A DNA stretch of 64,000 nt from Marsupella aquatica. Lineage: Eukaryota > Plantae > Marchantiophyta. Positions 36,301-48,300 of this stretch are shown in pieces. The stretch is from assembly GCA_973895155.1 (NCBI GenBank), contig OZ316896.1, positions 1,860,001 through 1,924,000 on the forward strand. The letters are read 5' to 3'. A program made the position numbers and the translations under genes. The notes below the pieces were generated by a model that saw nothing but the letters and a program-made list of their open reading frames with translations, did not search any database and was not told the origin of the DNA. The number at the start of each line of letters is the position of its first letter. The first letter of the stretch is position 1.

Positions 36301-38663
36301 TGATGATACAATGGCGAGCGACATCAAAGCAGTGCTATGCTAGCTTTGGAGTTGTCATTCTAACCAAGAAGTGTAGTGGGAATGGCCTTGGCACCAAGTT
36401 AGATCTCATGGAAACAGATAGCTACTTAGGAGTACATACGCTTGACAGCCAATGACTCAAAGATGTTGGAGATCAAGCTAGGGACCATGGAGGGCTTCAT
36501 AGCGAATCGATCTAGACAGGCCTTGGTCCCGGATCAATTCTGGACATAGTTTGCCGAACAAATAACTTCAATCCATAAGCTGGGAATGAAGTTAGGGTTG
36601 ATGAAGATAGTGCCAGCAGCCTCAAGAAGTGTTCAATTCTTCCACTGACTCACCCATGCAATTCTGATGTGGGGTGTGGGCCTTTGTAAGTTGCCTTTGG
36701 ATGATATGAGTCCAGCAAAAGTCCAGAAATTTGGTGGACATGTACTCTCCACCACGGTCTAAACTAAAACACCCAATGGGGGCTGAGAACTGGTTCTCAA
36801 CCATGAGTGTAAATTGTTTGAATGTGTCAAAGATTTGACTTTTTTGCAAGAGAAAATATACCCAAGTAAAACAGGAGTAATCATCAATGAGTGTAAGAAT
36901 ATACATGTAGGATCAAACCAAGACCTTGAATAAGACCACATAAGTCAGAATGTATGAGTTCTAGCACTCGTCTGGTGGTCGAGAGTACCGAGACATTGAG
37001 CACTTGGGAACTTTCTTGCAATGTTGCTTGTCAAGCACACATGGTTCACAAACACATTTGACGCATGGAAGTTTCGGAAGTCCAGTGACCATGGAGGTCT
37101 GGGATATACAATGGTTCATCTCATGATTGATGTGTCCTAAACATTGTTGCCAGAGTTGTATAATTGGAGCTGGCTGGGAGACTTCTAAATCGGCCCAGAC
37201 TGCAACAGGTTACAATGATGCTGAACGCAAGAGAGAGAGGGAATCGTTGAGACAATAGGGAGGCATTGTCAAAGCTTAGTCCTGGATTCTTGATAGCCTC
37301 AATATCTTCCATGGGTACGATATTTCTCCAGGTTGATCCACATTCTACTCATACACAATCTGACATGACTTGGAGTAAGCTTATTGCCACGTTATATTCC
37401 ATAAACTTATAATAAACTATAACAAACCCAGGACTCCCGCCAGGACTAAACCTTACTCCAAGTTAAGTATATCCAGGTTATGATACTTCCAAGGGTACCC
37501 ATGGAAATAAGTATATCCAGGTTATGATACTTCCATGGGTACCCATGGAAATATACAGTGGCAATAAGCTTACTGTAACTGGCCAGGGCAGCATTTCTAT
37601 TGATGACAATATAGATACTCCCTAAGGTTTTGTAGTCCCCGGCCGGATTGCAATGCAACCTTCTTTCCATTGGATCTCTCACCAATGCTGGTCACTTGGT
37701 TCTATTCAACTCCAAGTCATGTCTTGTGTATGAGTACAATGTGGATATACCTCAACATTGATACTTGCTAGGTGTCCAGCAAGTTCATTGATGGTGTTAG
37801 TGTAAGTATCGACTGAGCCACCTTACTTAGCTGGACTCTTTGGAGCTTTTGCTCCAATAGAAGCTGACGCTGCAAAAGCCTCCCCCCCCCCCCCCCACTC
37901 ATTGCTGCAAATGTTCCCAGCACTTGGTTGGGTCATTGAGTACTTGTCAACCTTGGGCAGAAGTTTTGGCTTCGCTGTAGCTGCCAAAATCAAGATGGTC
38001 TTCTTCTTTATTTCATGTGGAGTGAGATTCACTCCTCTATCAATATTGTTGCCATTGGCATCAGGTTTGATGCCAAAGTTGAGCTCTTCAAACAATTAAG
38101 TCATCTTGTTTCAGGAAATTCTTAACTATGATGGACAGGTCATATGGTTCACTAATCTATCAAGCTTATTGTTCTCGTGAAATGTCTAAAGCATTTCCAT
38201 ATTGATCCTTAGAGTTACTAAACAACAACTAGATCTAAGTGGCTGAGGAATTCTCATTGAGTCTATACTGATTCAAGTCTAGATTACCTATTCAGAGTAT
38301 CAATGAATCAGGGAAGCTCTCCACTTGATTACCATACTAGTTCTACTAGCTAGAGAGTTTAGATGCAGCGTTACTATCAGAGACGCAGCTCTGATAGAAG
38401 TTGTAAACAATCTCTAATGAAAGAATTGTATTGTGAACGTTGCAGAGGACCAAATATGTAGAGGGGAAAGGAGCCAGACTTGGCGGAAGATTAACGGATC
38501 CCCTAGCTAACAGATCTAACAGCTAGGTAGTTAACCATAAATAACCCACTACAGACATTAGACTTATTACGTTCGATCTTTCTCATCTGTGCCTAATCCT
38601 AATATGATCTATAGCTAATCGGAGTCATGTGCTACCTGACATTGTTCCCTAACTTATGAGTAC
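33357..38663 (-). mobile_element. Decayed Ty1/copia LTR retrotransposon with both LTRs
   Basis: LTR copies 33357-33651 (TGT..ACA) and 38402 to about 38663 (truncated). Degenerate tRNA-iMet PBS complement gctctgata at 38388. Frameshifted minus-strand fragments in copia order: gag-like (37.8-38.1k), integrase (IDDYSCFTWVYFL..DRGGEY, 36.6-36.9k), RT (WELHH.MNV..FLN; MKDLG..LGIEF, 34.9-35.8k) and RNase H (KNPIFHALTKHIE..YHF..DLLTKP, 34.3-34.5k). Confidence 0.9.
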
Positions 38664-38840
38664 AATTGGCTCTCTCTAAAGCGCACATTCCATAAGCGCT
38701 TACCCTCTATTAGTGCAGGTCATTCTGTTCTTCCCTTTTTTTTTACTTGGGATAAGCACAAACAGGGCTAAAATCAATTTGCTAAAGGACAACTTTGTAA
38801 GTGCTTACCCTTGGTAAGTGTGTCTATGCTCACAACTTTA

Positions 38841-38920
38841 TAAGTGCTTACCCTTGATAAGTGTCTCTATGCTCTTATCAGTAAACATACATAGAGACAC
38901 TTATCAAGGGTAGGCACTTA
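38841..38920. repeat. 31-bp-stem inverted repeat (hairpin), with the left arm also tandemly duplicated
   Basis: taagtgcttacccttgataagtgtctctatg / catagagacacttatcaagggtaggcactta, 18-nt loop, one G.T pair. Extra left-arm copy at about 38798-38829. Confidence 0.9.
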
Positions 38921-39569
38921 CATAAGTCCCCCAAGATACTTTTCTTTGCAATACATACTGACTGCAATACAATGGACTGCAATACTGGACTTCTATACAA
39001 TTTCTCTTTTTCTAAAGATACCAAAACAAAGTCAAATGTTGTGTATACAGTATTTGTATTCAGGCCATATCATGATGGCACAAGAAAGAGACGAGGGGAA
39101 CATTTAATGATGTGTCTTTTGTTCTATTTCACTTTGTTTGTCTTAAGCTAACTATATTAATACTTTCTCTTTTAAGTTCAGCCAAATGTGACCAAACCCC
39201 CTTTGGTCACGGGGCTGGTCAAGGACTGCAACACCTGGTTTTATTGCTTGCCTAATCTGTTGTCCTGGGAGAGTGCACTTAGAGAGAGTACTGTAGCCGG
39301 TTGAGAAGCTCTATTTGTTGGAGTTGTTGATCTTGTGATCATACATTCCGTCCCAGTGTCCCTGCAGGAGCCATCTCAGTACAGACCAATGGCGACTTCC
39401 CTCAGCCCGACACCTCAGAGAAATTGTTGGGTTTGGTGAATCCGCCTCAAAGTTTCTTTAAAAGCGTATGCAAGATCCTGTCAATAGCCAAGAGCGAGAG
39501 GGAGGCAGCTTTCGACAGAGGGTATCAGTGGAACTTCAGAGGGCCCAGACTTTCACTATTCTTAGTAGG

Positions 39570-39893
39570 CCGAGACAGTTGGTTTTAGGGCCTCTAGGCA
39601 GATTCCCCTCCTTGACCCTCCTATGCGGTTTACTCCATAGCTTTACAGGCTTTTCAGTTTACCGCCCAGCAAGGTCTATTGTTTGTTGTTTTCTCCTTTG
39701 TCTTTTGGTTTAATTTGCTTGGTCACTCCTAGACTTCCTAGGCCTCTTTGGTTTTCTTGGGATCCTTGGCTTCCCCCCCTTAATTGGGGTTTTTGGCCTT
39801 TTGGAGTGCATGGCGTTCCTGTCTTTTGCGTTCCTGTTTTTGGCAGTGTGATATATAGCTTTGTGGCCTTCATGTCTTTTTGGCATATATATG
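39570..39893 (+). mobile_element. Remnant of the LINE-like 3'-end family
   Basis: Encodes degenerate QIPLLDPPMRFTP*LYRLF and a T-rich tail homologous, as reverse complement, to 11000-11320. Confidence 0.6.
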
Positions 39894-40113
39894 GCTTTGG
39901 AGATCGTGAACAATGTTTCCTGTCATCAGCTTCAGAAACAGTCATGAGGACTTAGTCAAGAACGAGAGCGAGACAGCTTTGGAGATCGTGAACAATGTTT
40001 CCTGTCATCAGCTTCAGAAACAGTCATGAGGACTTAGTCAAGAACGAGAGGGAGACAGCTTTGGAGATCGTGAACAATGTTTCCTGTCATCAGCTGCAGA
40101 AAACAGTCATGAA
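39894..40113. repeat. Tandem repeat, about 2.7 x 82 bp
   Basis: gctttggagatcgtgaacaatgtttcctgtcatcagc... starts at 39894, 39976 and 40058. Confidence 0.92.
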
Positions 40114-40429
40114 CGACTGGTCTGAAGTCTACCTTTAGAACAAGAAACCCCTCCAGTTCGTTGTTGAAAAAAATTCATTAGCTGCAGAGAAGAGAAAAAC
40201 TGTCATGAACGAAAGGGGAAGTTTGTGAATCCCAGCTCTCAACAGAATTTTGCGATGACCTCCCTCTCGCGCTCGCGTAAATGCCCTCACAACGTTCGTT
40301 CTAATTGTTCGAGCTGAATTTCTCACTCTCTAGTGTAAAATGCCCTCACATCGTTCGTTCCGGTTCTTCGAGCTGAAGAGATTTGCGAGGCGAAGGAGAA
40401 ACGAATAGCAGGTCGTACCACGTAGTAAC

Positions 40430-40605
40430 CTTTGTTGGCTTGTTGTTCTTCTCGGGTTTTTTGGGGACTCTTGCGCTTGAGGGGCCTCTTCGGTCTTCTT
40501 GGGGTCTCTTCCTTTTCCTCTTTCCCCCCTTAGTTGGGTCTTTCGCCTTTGGGATCCTCTCCCGGTTTCGCGTTGTTGTTTCTTTGGCAGTTTGATCTAT
40601 ATGTA
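40430..40605 (+). mobile_element. Short remnant of the same family just upstream of the GT17 gene
   Basis: ttccccccttagttgggtctttcgcctttggg...ttggcagtttgatctata aligns with 39770-39860. Confidence 0.55.
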
Positions 40606-40947
40606 CCGGACCCATAGGAGAATTATTGACGAGTACTCTACGTCCTAAAGCGATCGGTCCTGTAGTTCATGAACACTTTCTGGAGCTTTGTAATGGCTCT
40701 CTAAAAGGCTTCGACAAAATCGTGAAACAGAGTGAGCAAAGGCGTTGGCAGGGCCTACGATTTCGAGCTGTTGCTGCACACAAAGGAAGGCGCGAGACGA
40801 TGGTCGAGATCACCAACATCAAGTCGTCATTGTGCTGGAGAGTGATTATCTGGTACAGTGGAGGCGATGGAAACCTGACAATAGACCGATACTGAGCCTT
40901 TTTGATCGCTACAGCGGGGACGGAGACGGAGGACGCAGTGTGAGGAA

Positions 40948-42524
40948 ATGAGGGAGGGGAATTCGAAGGGACCAGTGCGACGGAGATGGAATGTGAAAAT
41001 TATCCTCGGATTAGCCTTGTTTGTCACTCTAGGAACGCTCATCTACTACCACTTCCTAAGCGTTTCGTATTTCTTGCGCCCAGTTTGGGACACGGCTCCC
41101 AAGCCCTTCAAATTCGTCCCTCACTACTACGCCGACAACGTGTCTGTCGCCAAACTCTGCCACCTTCACGGCTGGCACCCGCTATGGAGACCTCGCCGCG
41201 TCTTTGACGCCATCATGTTCAGCATTGAGCTTGACCTTTTGGAAATTCGGTACCGTGAGCTTTCTCCTGTCGTCACGAAATTCGTGCTGGTGGAATCCGA
41301 GCAGACCTTCACCGGGCGGCCCAAATCTCTGTACTTCGATGAGAATCGCGACCGATTCAAGTTCGTGGCGGACCGTCTGGCGTACGGTGCGATGCCTGGT
41401 CGAGAGGTGGCGCCTGGAGAGAATCCGTTCAATCTGGAGAGGCGACAAAGAGCTTTCACGGAGCAAATCGTGAGAGAGGCTGGAATCCTTCCGGGTGATC
41501 TGCTCATAATGTCCGACGTCGACGAGATTCCAAGCGCGCACACTGTGAGGCTCCTGCAGTCGTGCCATGGGTGGCCTTCTCCCATGCACTTGCAGATGAC
41601 AAACTACCTTCATTCGTTGGAGTTTCTAGTGGATCGTAGCGGCTGGAGAGGGTCCGTTCACATTTATGATCCGCAGTGGACTGGCTATACGCACTCTCGC
41701 CGATCTGACTACATCCTTTCCGAATCTGGTTGGCACTTTAGGTGGGTCGACCTCCTTGACCAAGAACTTCGTTCAATTCAATTCCCTTATCATCAATGCT
41801 GTTGATGGGTGTCTGACTTTGGCCGACGTTTAGTCTTAAACCCTGAAAAGTGTGTTTTGAAAATTTTGTCAATCTCAGGAGTTCTGAAGTAACATGGGTA
41901 AGTATGGGTAGGCATATTTGGTTTTCATCGGTCATTGGTTTGTTTAAAAGATTGATATAGACTCTATTTTTTTGTCGCACGAAAGAACCCAAAAGCTCTG
42001 GTTCGCTCTCTGTTCTGTTCTCGTTAGAGTAGTTACTTTTTCAATCATGCCAATTTTATTCCAGTCAATTTCTTCTTGGGCGAGTACTCAATCCGATTCT
42101 GCCTTTCTTCTTGAACCAGAGTCGGTCAAATGGCACAACCACGCACGGCACATAGACACTAGAATACCAAATCAAATGATAGCGGGAGACAATTTTGACT
42201 TTAATTTGTGCATACGTACATTTGTTTTGCAGCTTTTGCTTACGTTACATCAACGATTTTATTTTCAAAATGACTTCTTACAGTCATGCTGATCGCGTGC
42301 GCTCCAAATCCTTCTTGGATCCAGGCAGAATCCAGGCTGTTATTTGTGAGGGCAGGGACCTCTTTGACATGCTACCAGAAGAATATACATTCCGTGAGCT
42401 CCTCACAAAAATGGGCCCTGTACCGAAATCCTACTCTGCCGTGCATTTCCCTGCCTACTTGTTGGAGAACGCTGAGAAATTCAAGTATCTTTTTCCGGGC
42501 AACTGCATTCGAGAGCCTGGCTGA
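40948..42524 (+). CDS. Glycosyltransferase family 17 (beta-1,4-mannosyl-glycoprotein 4-beta-N-acetylglucosaminyltransferase/MGAT3-like), about 361 aa, 2 exons
   Basis: Exons 40948-41741 and 42233-42524. N-terminal TM segment; [33 protein letters not shown] (DxD), [34 protein letters not shown]. The start codon could lie further upstream. Confidence 0.9.
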
Positions 42525-44262
42525 ATAGAGAGAACCTTACAACTGATCTCATAAGGTATGCCTCTGTGGTGTACCCAGGAAGTGTACTTCCATCGCTTTT
42601 CTTCGAACTCGAATTTTCTGAAGTGAGAGATATCATTGTATCATGGATATCATTCGTGGCTTTTCACTGACTTCAACCATCTGTTTGTAGAGTCTGGATT
42701 TGCACACCGGGTATATGGATTGGGCAGACCAGGTGGATGTCCCCCTGTATCGTCGATGTCCTCCATATATTTTCTGGAGAGATGCATAGGTAGGCATTCG
42801 CTCGTCTCTATTCGTTCTGAATGTATTGGTATGGTGAGTAACATCGACGCAACTTCTCTGACATGATACAATATCCGCATGATTCCCGTCTCTGTTTGTC
42901 CATGCCGTGCACTACATTCGATTCTATTCCGAATCGCTTTGGCTAGTTCTGGACATGGAATATGCACCTGATTAGATTAGGAACAACTAACAGTTCGGTG
43001 TAGAGTGCCCATACCTTACATCTAAACGTGACTCTGGACTCGTGAAAAATGTGAGACGATGAGGGACGTTGGATTGTTTAGTCTTTAGGTACTGACGTCT
43101 ATTGCTATTGAAACCGTCCACATCTTCCAGCCCTTTATGAGTTTCTTTATTGTCTTCTTGGTAAAGCTTTGAGAAAGGGAGGACGGGAAGTTGTGTCACA
43201 TGAGCTGACGCAACGGCGTTTTCTCCGTTTTTGATGTGTAGGAAAAGGACAATGAGATGCAAGCGACAGTTGCAAGCCATGGAAGGAACTGGAACTCGTG
43301 ATTATACTAAAGCTGGCCACATTAAGGCGAACCTTCACTTCAACAAAATGCAGACAAGATGATGAAGATGTGCTTTGCAATGAGCCACCTGCAGCAGATG
43401 TAGAACCCAGCTGAGACAGCTTGCAATGAAGATGAAAGATATAATGAGAAAGCGGCAAGAAGTCAGCGGAAGTTATGATTCTGATCAGATAATAGCGATT
43501 TGTTCCTCGGTGCTCCCTAAGGCATCAAAATTGTTAGAGAATTGAGCCTGTAGCCACTGACCCAGCTAAAACAGACAGAAAGAAGTGGATTCTCATTTGC
43601 TTGAATGGACTTTCAAAACTGTGATGGACCAGGTCCAAACATTGAAATGTGCTTGTCCAAACATTGAAATGTGCTTGGATAACAAGTTCACACAAGATTA
43701 AAAAATAACATGTGAACAGAAGTCTAACTGGCGACTCTGGATAGTCATTCTTCAAATTGGATTTTTTGCAACAACACAGTGTCTCAGGATTGACTTTATC
43801 TCGTTTGAAAGACATTGAATGAGCTTTCCATAGACCAATTTCACTCGATTCTGATCACAGTTTGGAAACATTGTGAGTGCCAAAGGCAAGCCGGGTTTCC
43901 AAGACTTACTCAACTTGGTTACGCATCTGGTCTGATGGCTTTTCTGGCCTCGTGATTAAATTACTGCTTGTGAGGTCCATCCAAATTGCATGGTTCACTG
44001 AAGATTTGTCTGCTCTTCAGTTGCACACATCTCACTTTGTTTTGCCTGTCCTAGAATAAGAGCTGAGTAAAAGCTCTAGGGATATCTATTAAAAATATTA
44101 ACAAAGTACGACCAGAGCCATCAAACCCGAAATTTGACAAGCTTGGAAAGCAAGAACCTCTTGTCCAACGCGCACTGAACAATGCATAATGTAGTTTTGA
44201 GATTACTAGGTTACCATCTTTTTGTTGTTGTTGAAATACATACTTTGCCGTCATTTTAAAGC

Positions 44263-44587
44263 CAGGGTGGCAAATTAACTCATGTTAGCTTAAAATGATC
44301 TAATGGAGGCCAACTTACATCTGATGCTGAAACTGACTTCATACTCACTTTCCCACCCAATGTGGCTCTCCAACTTGGTGGTGGGTCTTCCTATCAGAAA
44401 TTAAAGGTAACCAGGAGTGGAATGAACAGGGACAAGATGACCACAAGAGACTCACCCCCAAAGTGGAGGGCAATACCAGGATAGACCAGTCAAGGTTGAT
44501 GAGAATTACACGTGAATGCAATAACGGTGCAAGATGATCACCCTTGGGTCATTCTAAGCTAACTTGAGTTAGTTTGCCGAACCCATG
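44263..44587. mobile_element. MITE-like element, about 325 bp, with roughly 45-bp imperfect TIRs starting CAGGGT
   Basis: cagggtggcaaattaactcatgttagcttaaaatgatc versus the reverse complement of the right end, catgggttcggcaaactaactcaagttagcttagaatgaccc. No clear TSD. Confidence 0.7.
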
Positions 44588-45385
44588 CTGGAAAAAAGAT
44601 CCAAAGTAATACTTTATTGAAATTAACTAAAAAGAAAAAAGGTGATTCTCCCATGGACCAAGCCAGTGACCCATACAACCCCCATGGACTGTGACACCTT
44701 TTACACTTCACTCATTGACATCCTTTGGTTTCCAAAAAAATCTCAAAAGCAAAATTTGACCTTCTATATCTCCCTTTCTATGTATCCCAATTGGCTCTTC
44801 TTAGGCTCATTAAAATGAGCTTACTTTACTTAGAAAGACCTTTCCAACAACTGTAGCCGCTCTAGTTTTCAGATGACAGCTAAAAAAACTAACTGTAGTT
44901 AGGTTTGCTGGAGCCACAAACCGTGCCGTCAAAGAAATTAACAAACAAATGGACTGTCGCAACTGTGACTGTGGTCGAGAGTCCAGCCTCGTGAGGAATG
45001 TTTTATGAGGAACGTTTCTCGACCATTCTGAAACAAGGACGCATGTGGGTACTGCAGTATGCTTGCGAGGGTCACGAAGAGTAGAGAATCAGCACGAGAG
45101 GCCCACAGATTAGTATTTGAATGCTGAACCTCAATTGGCACCATCCTGCTTGTCCCTTCGAAAAACAATGACTCGAATTTCAACGGTAAGTTGAATGTTT
45201 TCCTTCACACCTGTTCTGAGAATTGCCTCGCCTCGTGAGAATTCGGAAGGGTCGAGCGATTTCGATGTATGCCTGAGAATTAGGTTGCGATTACGCATCC
45301 TGTGAGTGCTGCCGAGTGGCACTCACTTGTGAATTTGCATTTGTGCAGGGTTGAAAGGAACAAAGCGCATTGAGAAGGAGGAGCG

Positions 45386-48300
45386 ATGGAGTTGGATGTC
45401 AGGAGAGTGGGGCTACAGAGCTGCTTTGTGGCCCTTCCTCCTGCTGTGTTGGAGATTCTTCTAGCCGATAATCGGTTGCCGTCTTTCCCTTTCGTGATTG
45501 AGCTAAAACCGGTTCGGAGTTTGGGCGGAAGTGCCGTCCCATGCTTCGTTGCCTGGAATGGTGCTGCTTCGTCTTCTAGACAAATTGAGGTATCAAAGTC
45601 CTCATCTGTATTTTCGAATTCTGCCCCTCACCCTCTGTGAATAATGCTTTCAGTCCATTTGTTGGCTCTAATCATTTTTTCTCAATTTACCCTCCTTCTT
45701 GAAGGTACCGGAAGTATTGGCAGAATGCATCGGTTTGTCCGCGGGTGCTCGGGTACGCGTGCGTGCACGAGGAGACGTTATGGCGGCTGAAACTGTCGTT
45801 GTGGAGCCAGCTACTGAAGACGATTGGGAAATTCTGGAGCTCAATGCAGAGTACCTGGAAAACAATATCTTGTCCAAAGTAAGTATACGAGTTCCTCTTA
45901 CTCACAGAAATAAATCTGAAGGTTTCCTAAGAGGATGAACGTTTTAGCACCATGGTTCAGTCGTAAGAGCTTCAGTCCATGATGGAAACTTAAATACATA
46001 CCGTAAGGCACATTTGTAAGAAAGTGCGGAATTGCAGCAATAAACAGAATTTAGCTCATAAGCTACCAAAAAGAAAGAAAAAATGAGCTGTTGCAGTTCT
46101 TTATACTATAAAATGAGGGCTCTGTTTAATTGCACTGGATTACCGCGTTTATAATAGTGAGGAGACATTGCTATGTTGTACGGACGGGCTGGATGTGTAT
46201 TTGTCGAGTGTGGTTTTAAGATTGGACTTGGAACAGAAAACTCTGCTTTTGAACAAGGATAGGCAACAGTTTCCGAACACTAACAGGGAAACTTGTGCCC
46301 CGTGACAATCTAAATTCCAGGTGGGTGTTGTGGCTGAAGGACAACAATTCCCAGTGTGGGTGACTGGACAAGTGGTGCTTACTCTCCGTGTAATTTCAAC
46401 CTCACCTAAAGGAATTGTGGGTATTCCTACTCCCTCATTAATATTTTTGAAGAGGCTGACGTTTGCCTGTCTTGCATATGATTTCATTGGCAAAATGTCG
46501 CATCGGTCATGTCAGTTATCCATTACGAAAATCTGAGAGAATTGAGTACATGAGGCTAAACATTCCATTAATTCCACTTTTCTGGAATATGAGTTTCTCT
46601 GGTCTGGGTGTTCTAGACTTGGCGTTTGAATTTTTAAATGAAAAATGTGGTGAAGATACACCTAGTTGGCCCTTTCTCAAAATGCGTGACTGAGGGAGAA
46701 ACAATAAGCAGTGGTAGGTATTCTCTGGCAGTCCATGGCTCCCAGATGGAGCCCTATTTACTTATCTTATTGAATCTCCCTTAACGTAGATTTTATTGCG
46801 GAGCCCTATTTACTTATCCGATTGAGTCTCCCTTAACGTAGATTTTATTGCCGAGTAAAGATTCAAGTAGAACTGGAAGTAGAACTCTTACTTTGTGTAA
46901 ATCCCCAACTCCAGGATACCTGGAAGAACAAATCCAACAAGCTAGAACTTTAGAATCAACTCGTTTATGCTTTTAGTGGACATCTCGGTATAGTCTACAG
47001 CACAGTTTTATACGCCGTTCATGCGTAGGTACCTGTACGCTTATTGCCAAAATGCTCTTTTGAAAGGTGTGCAGGTGAAGTTGGTCCCTGGAGTAGAGCT
47101 CGTAGTTGCACCAAAGAAGCGTCAAGTATACAAACCGCCCTCAACCAGTGATGGTGGGGTTGATGAATCTCTGCTGCAAGAAGCCAATTTGATTCCCGCG
47201 AAGGAGGCTTGGCTTCGTGTGCAAGAGCTGCATTCCTCATTTGTGAAGAAGCTGGACCTGGCTGGAATGACCTGCTCAACAACACCGTCCACAACCATTT
47301 TCGTGTCTCCAAACAGTGCCAAAGCTGGTTTGCTTGAAGATGGGCAGCTTGTTGTCCTAAGCTGTGGAGAAGGCGAAACTCAGACAGAGGTAGTTGGCTC
47401 CAACGGAAAGTATCATCGCAGAGGAGCTCCAGTGCATAGGCAGAGAAGACAGCGGGAGGGTGTTGCTTATGTGGAAGAGGAAGACGTAGGAAAATTGGAC
47501 GAGGATACACCTCACAGAGATGCGATTGTACGGCTGAAGTTCTGGGAAGGGGTTGCAGCTGGGCATGTGATGGTCGCTTTTCCTCTTCGGGTCTTCATTG
47601 GAGCAACAATCCATATGCGTATGTTTTCCTCAAGTCTATGGTTAGTGAGTTGATATTCTTCTTCTTTCTGGTTGATATGTTCTCATTGCATACTTTTTCC
47701 TTTTTAGACGTTTGGTGCCATACAAGCGTTGAAAAGTACTGTGCTATTGATTGCTGGGGTTGAGTTCCTTAGTTGGATGGTCACGACCCGCGCAATCTCT
47801 TGAGCTATGGACTTTGGTTCAATCTACTCATGCACTTGCATTTGCACTGTCTACGTGGATCATAATAGTTTGGGATTATAGTTCCCTTTAAGTGAGATCA
47901 CAGTAGGGCACTGGAACGTACTGGAAGATGGTTTGCCTTAGTGGTAGTAAAATGCAGTGGCTGGTGATGCAGCTGTCCACCTTCAAGCAATAGCTCTGAG
48001 GACTTCGGTACGGCCGAGTGCTCTGGTCCTATCGCCTGTACTTTTCGAACCAGTTGAAGGCGATGATGGCTCAGGTGACAGTCAAAGTAATGATTGGGAT
48101 GCGTCTGCAATTTCAAGATCTCTTGAACAAGAGACAGATGAAATGCATGTGAAAGAAGGCGCCCAGGGCAAGTGGCAGCGACACCGCCATCTGCTAGATG
48201 CAACCACGGGATTTCTGGAGAAGAGCACTGTTTCCGATAGCGCTCACGATACACGTATATCTTCCCTAGTATTGTCTTGGCTGGATGCTCAACTTGCTTT

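Noticed and set aside
39894-40113. 82-bp repeat as a minus-strand C/D snoRNA (TGATGA...CTGA)
   Set aside because: Box C lacks the leading purine, the units abut with no processing spacers, and near-identity indicates simple recent duplication.
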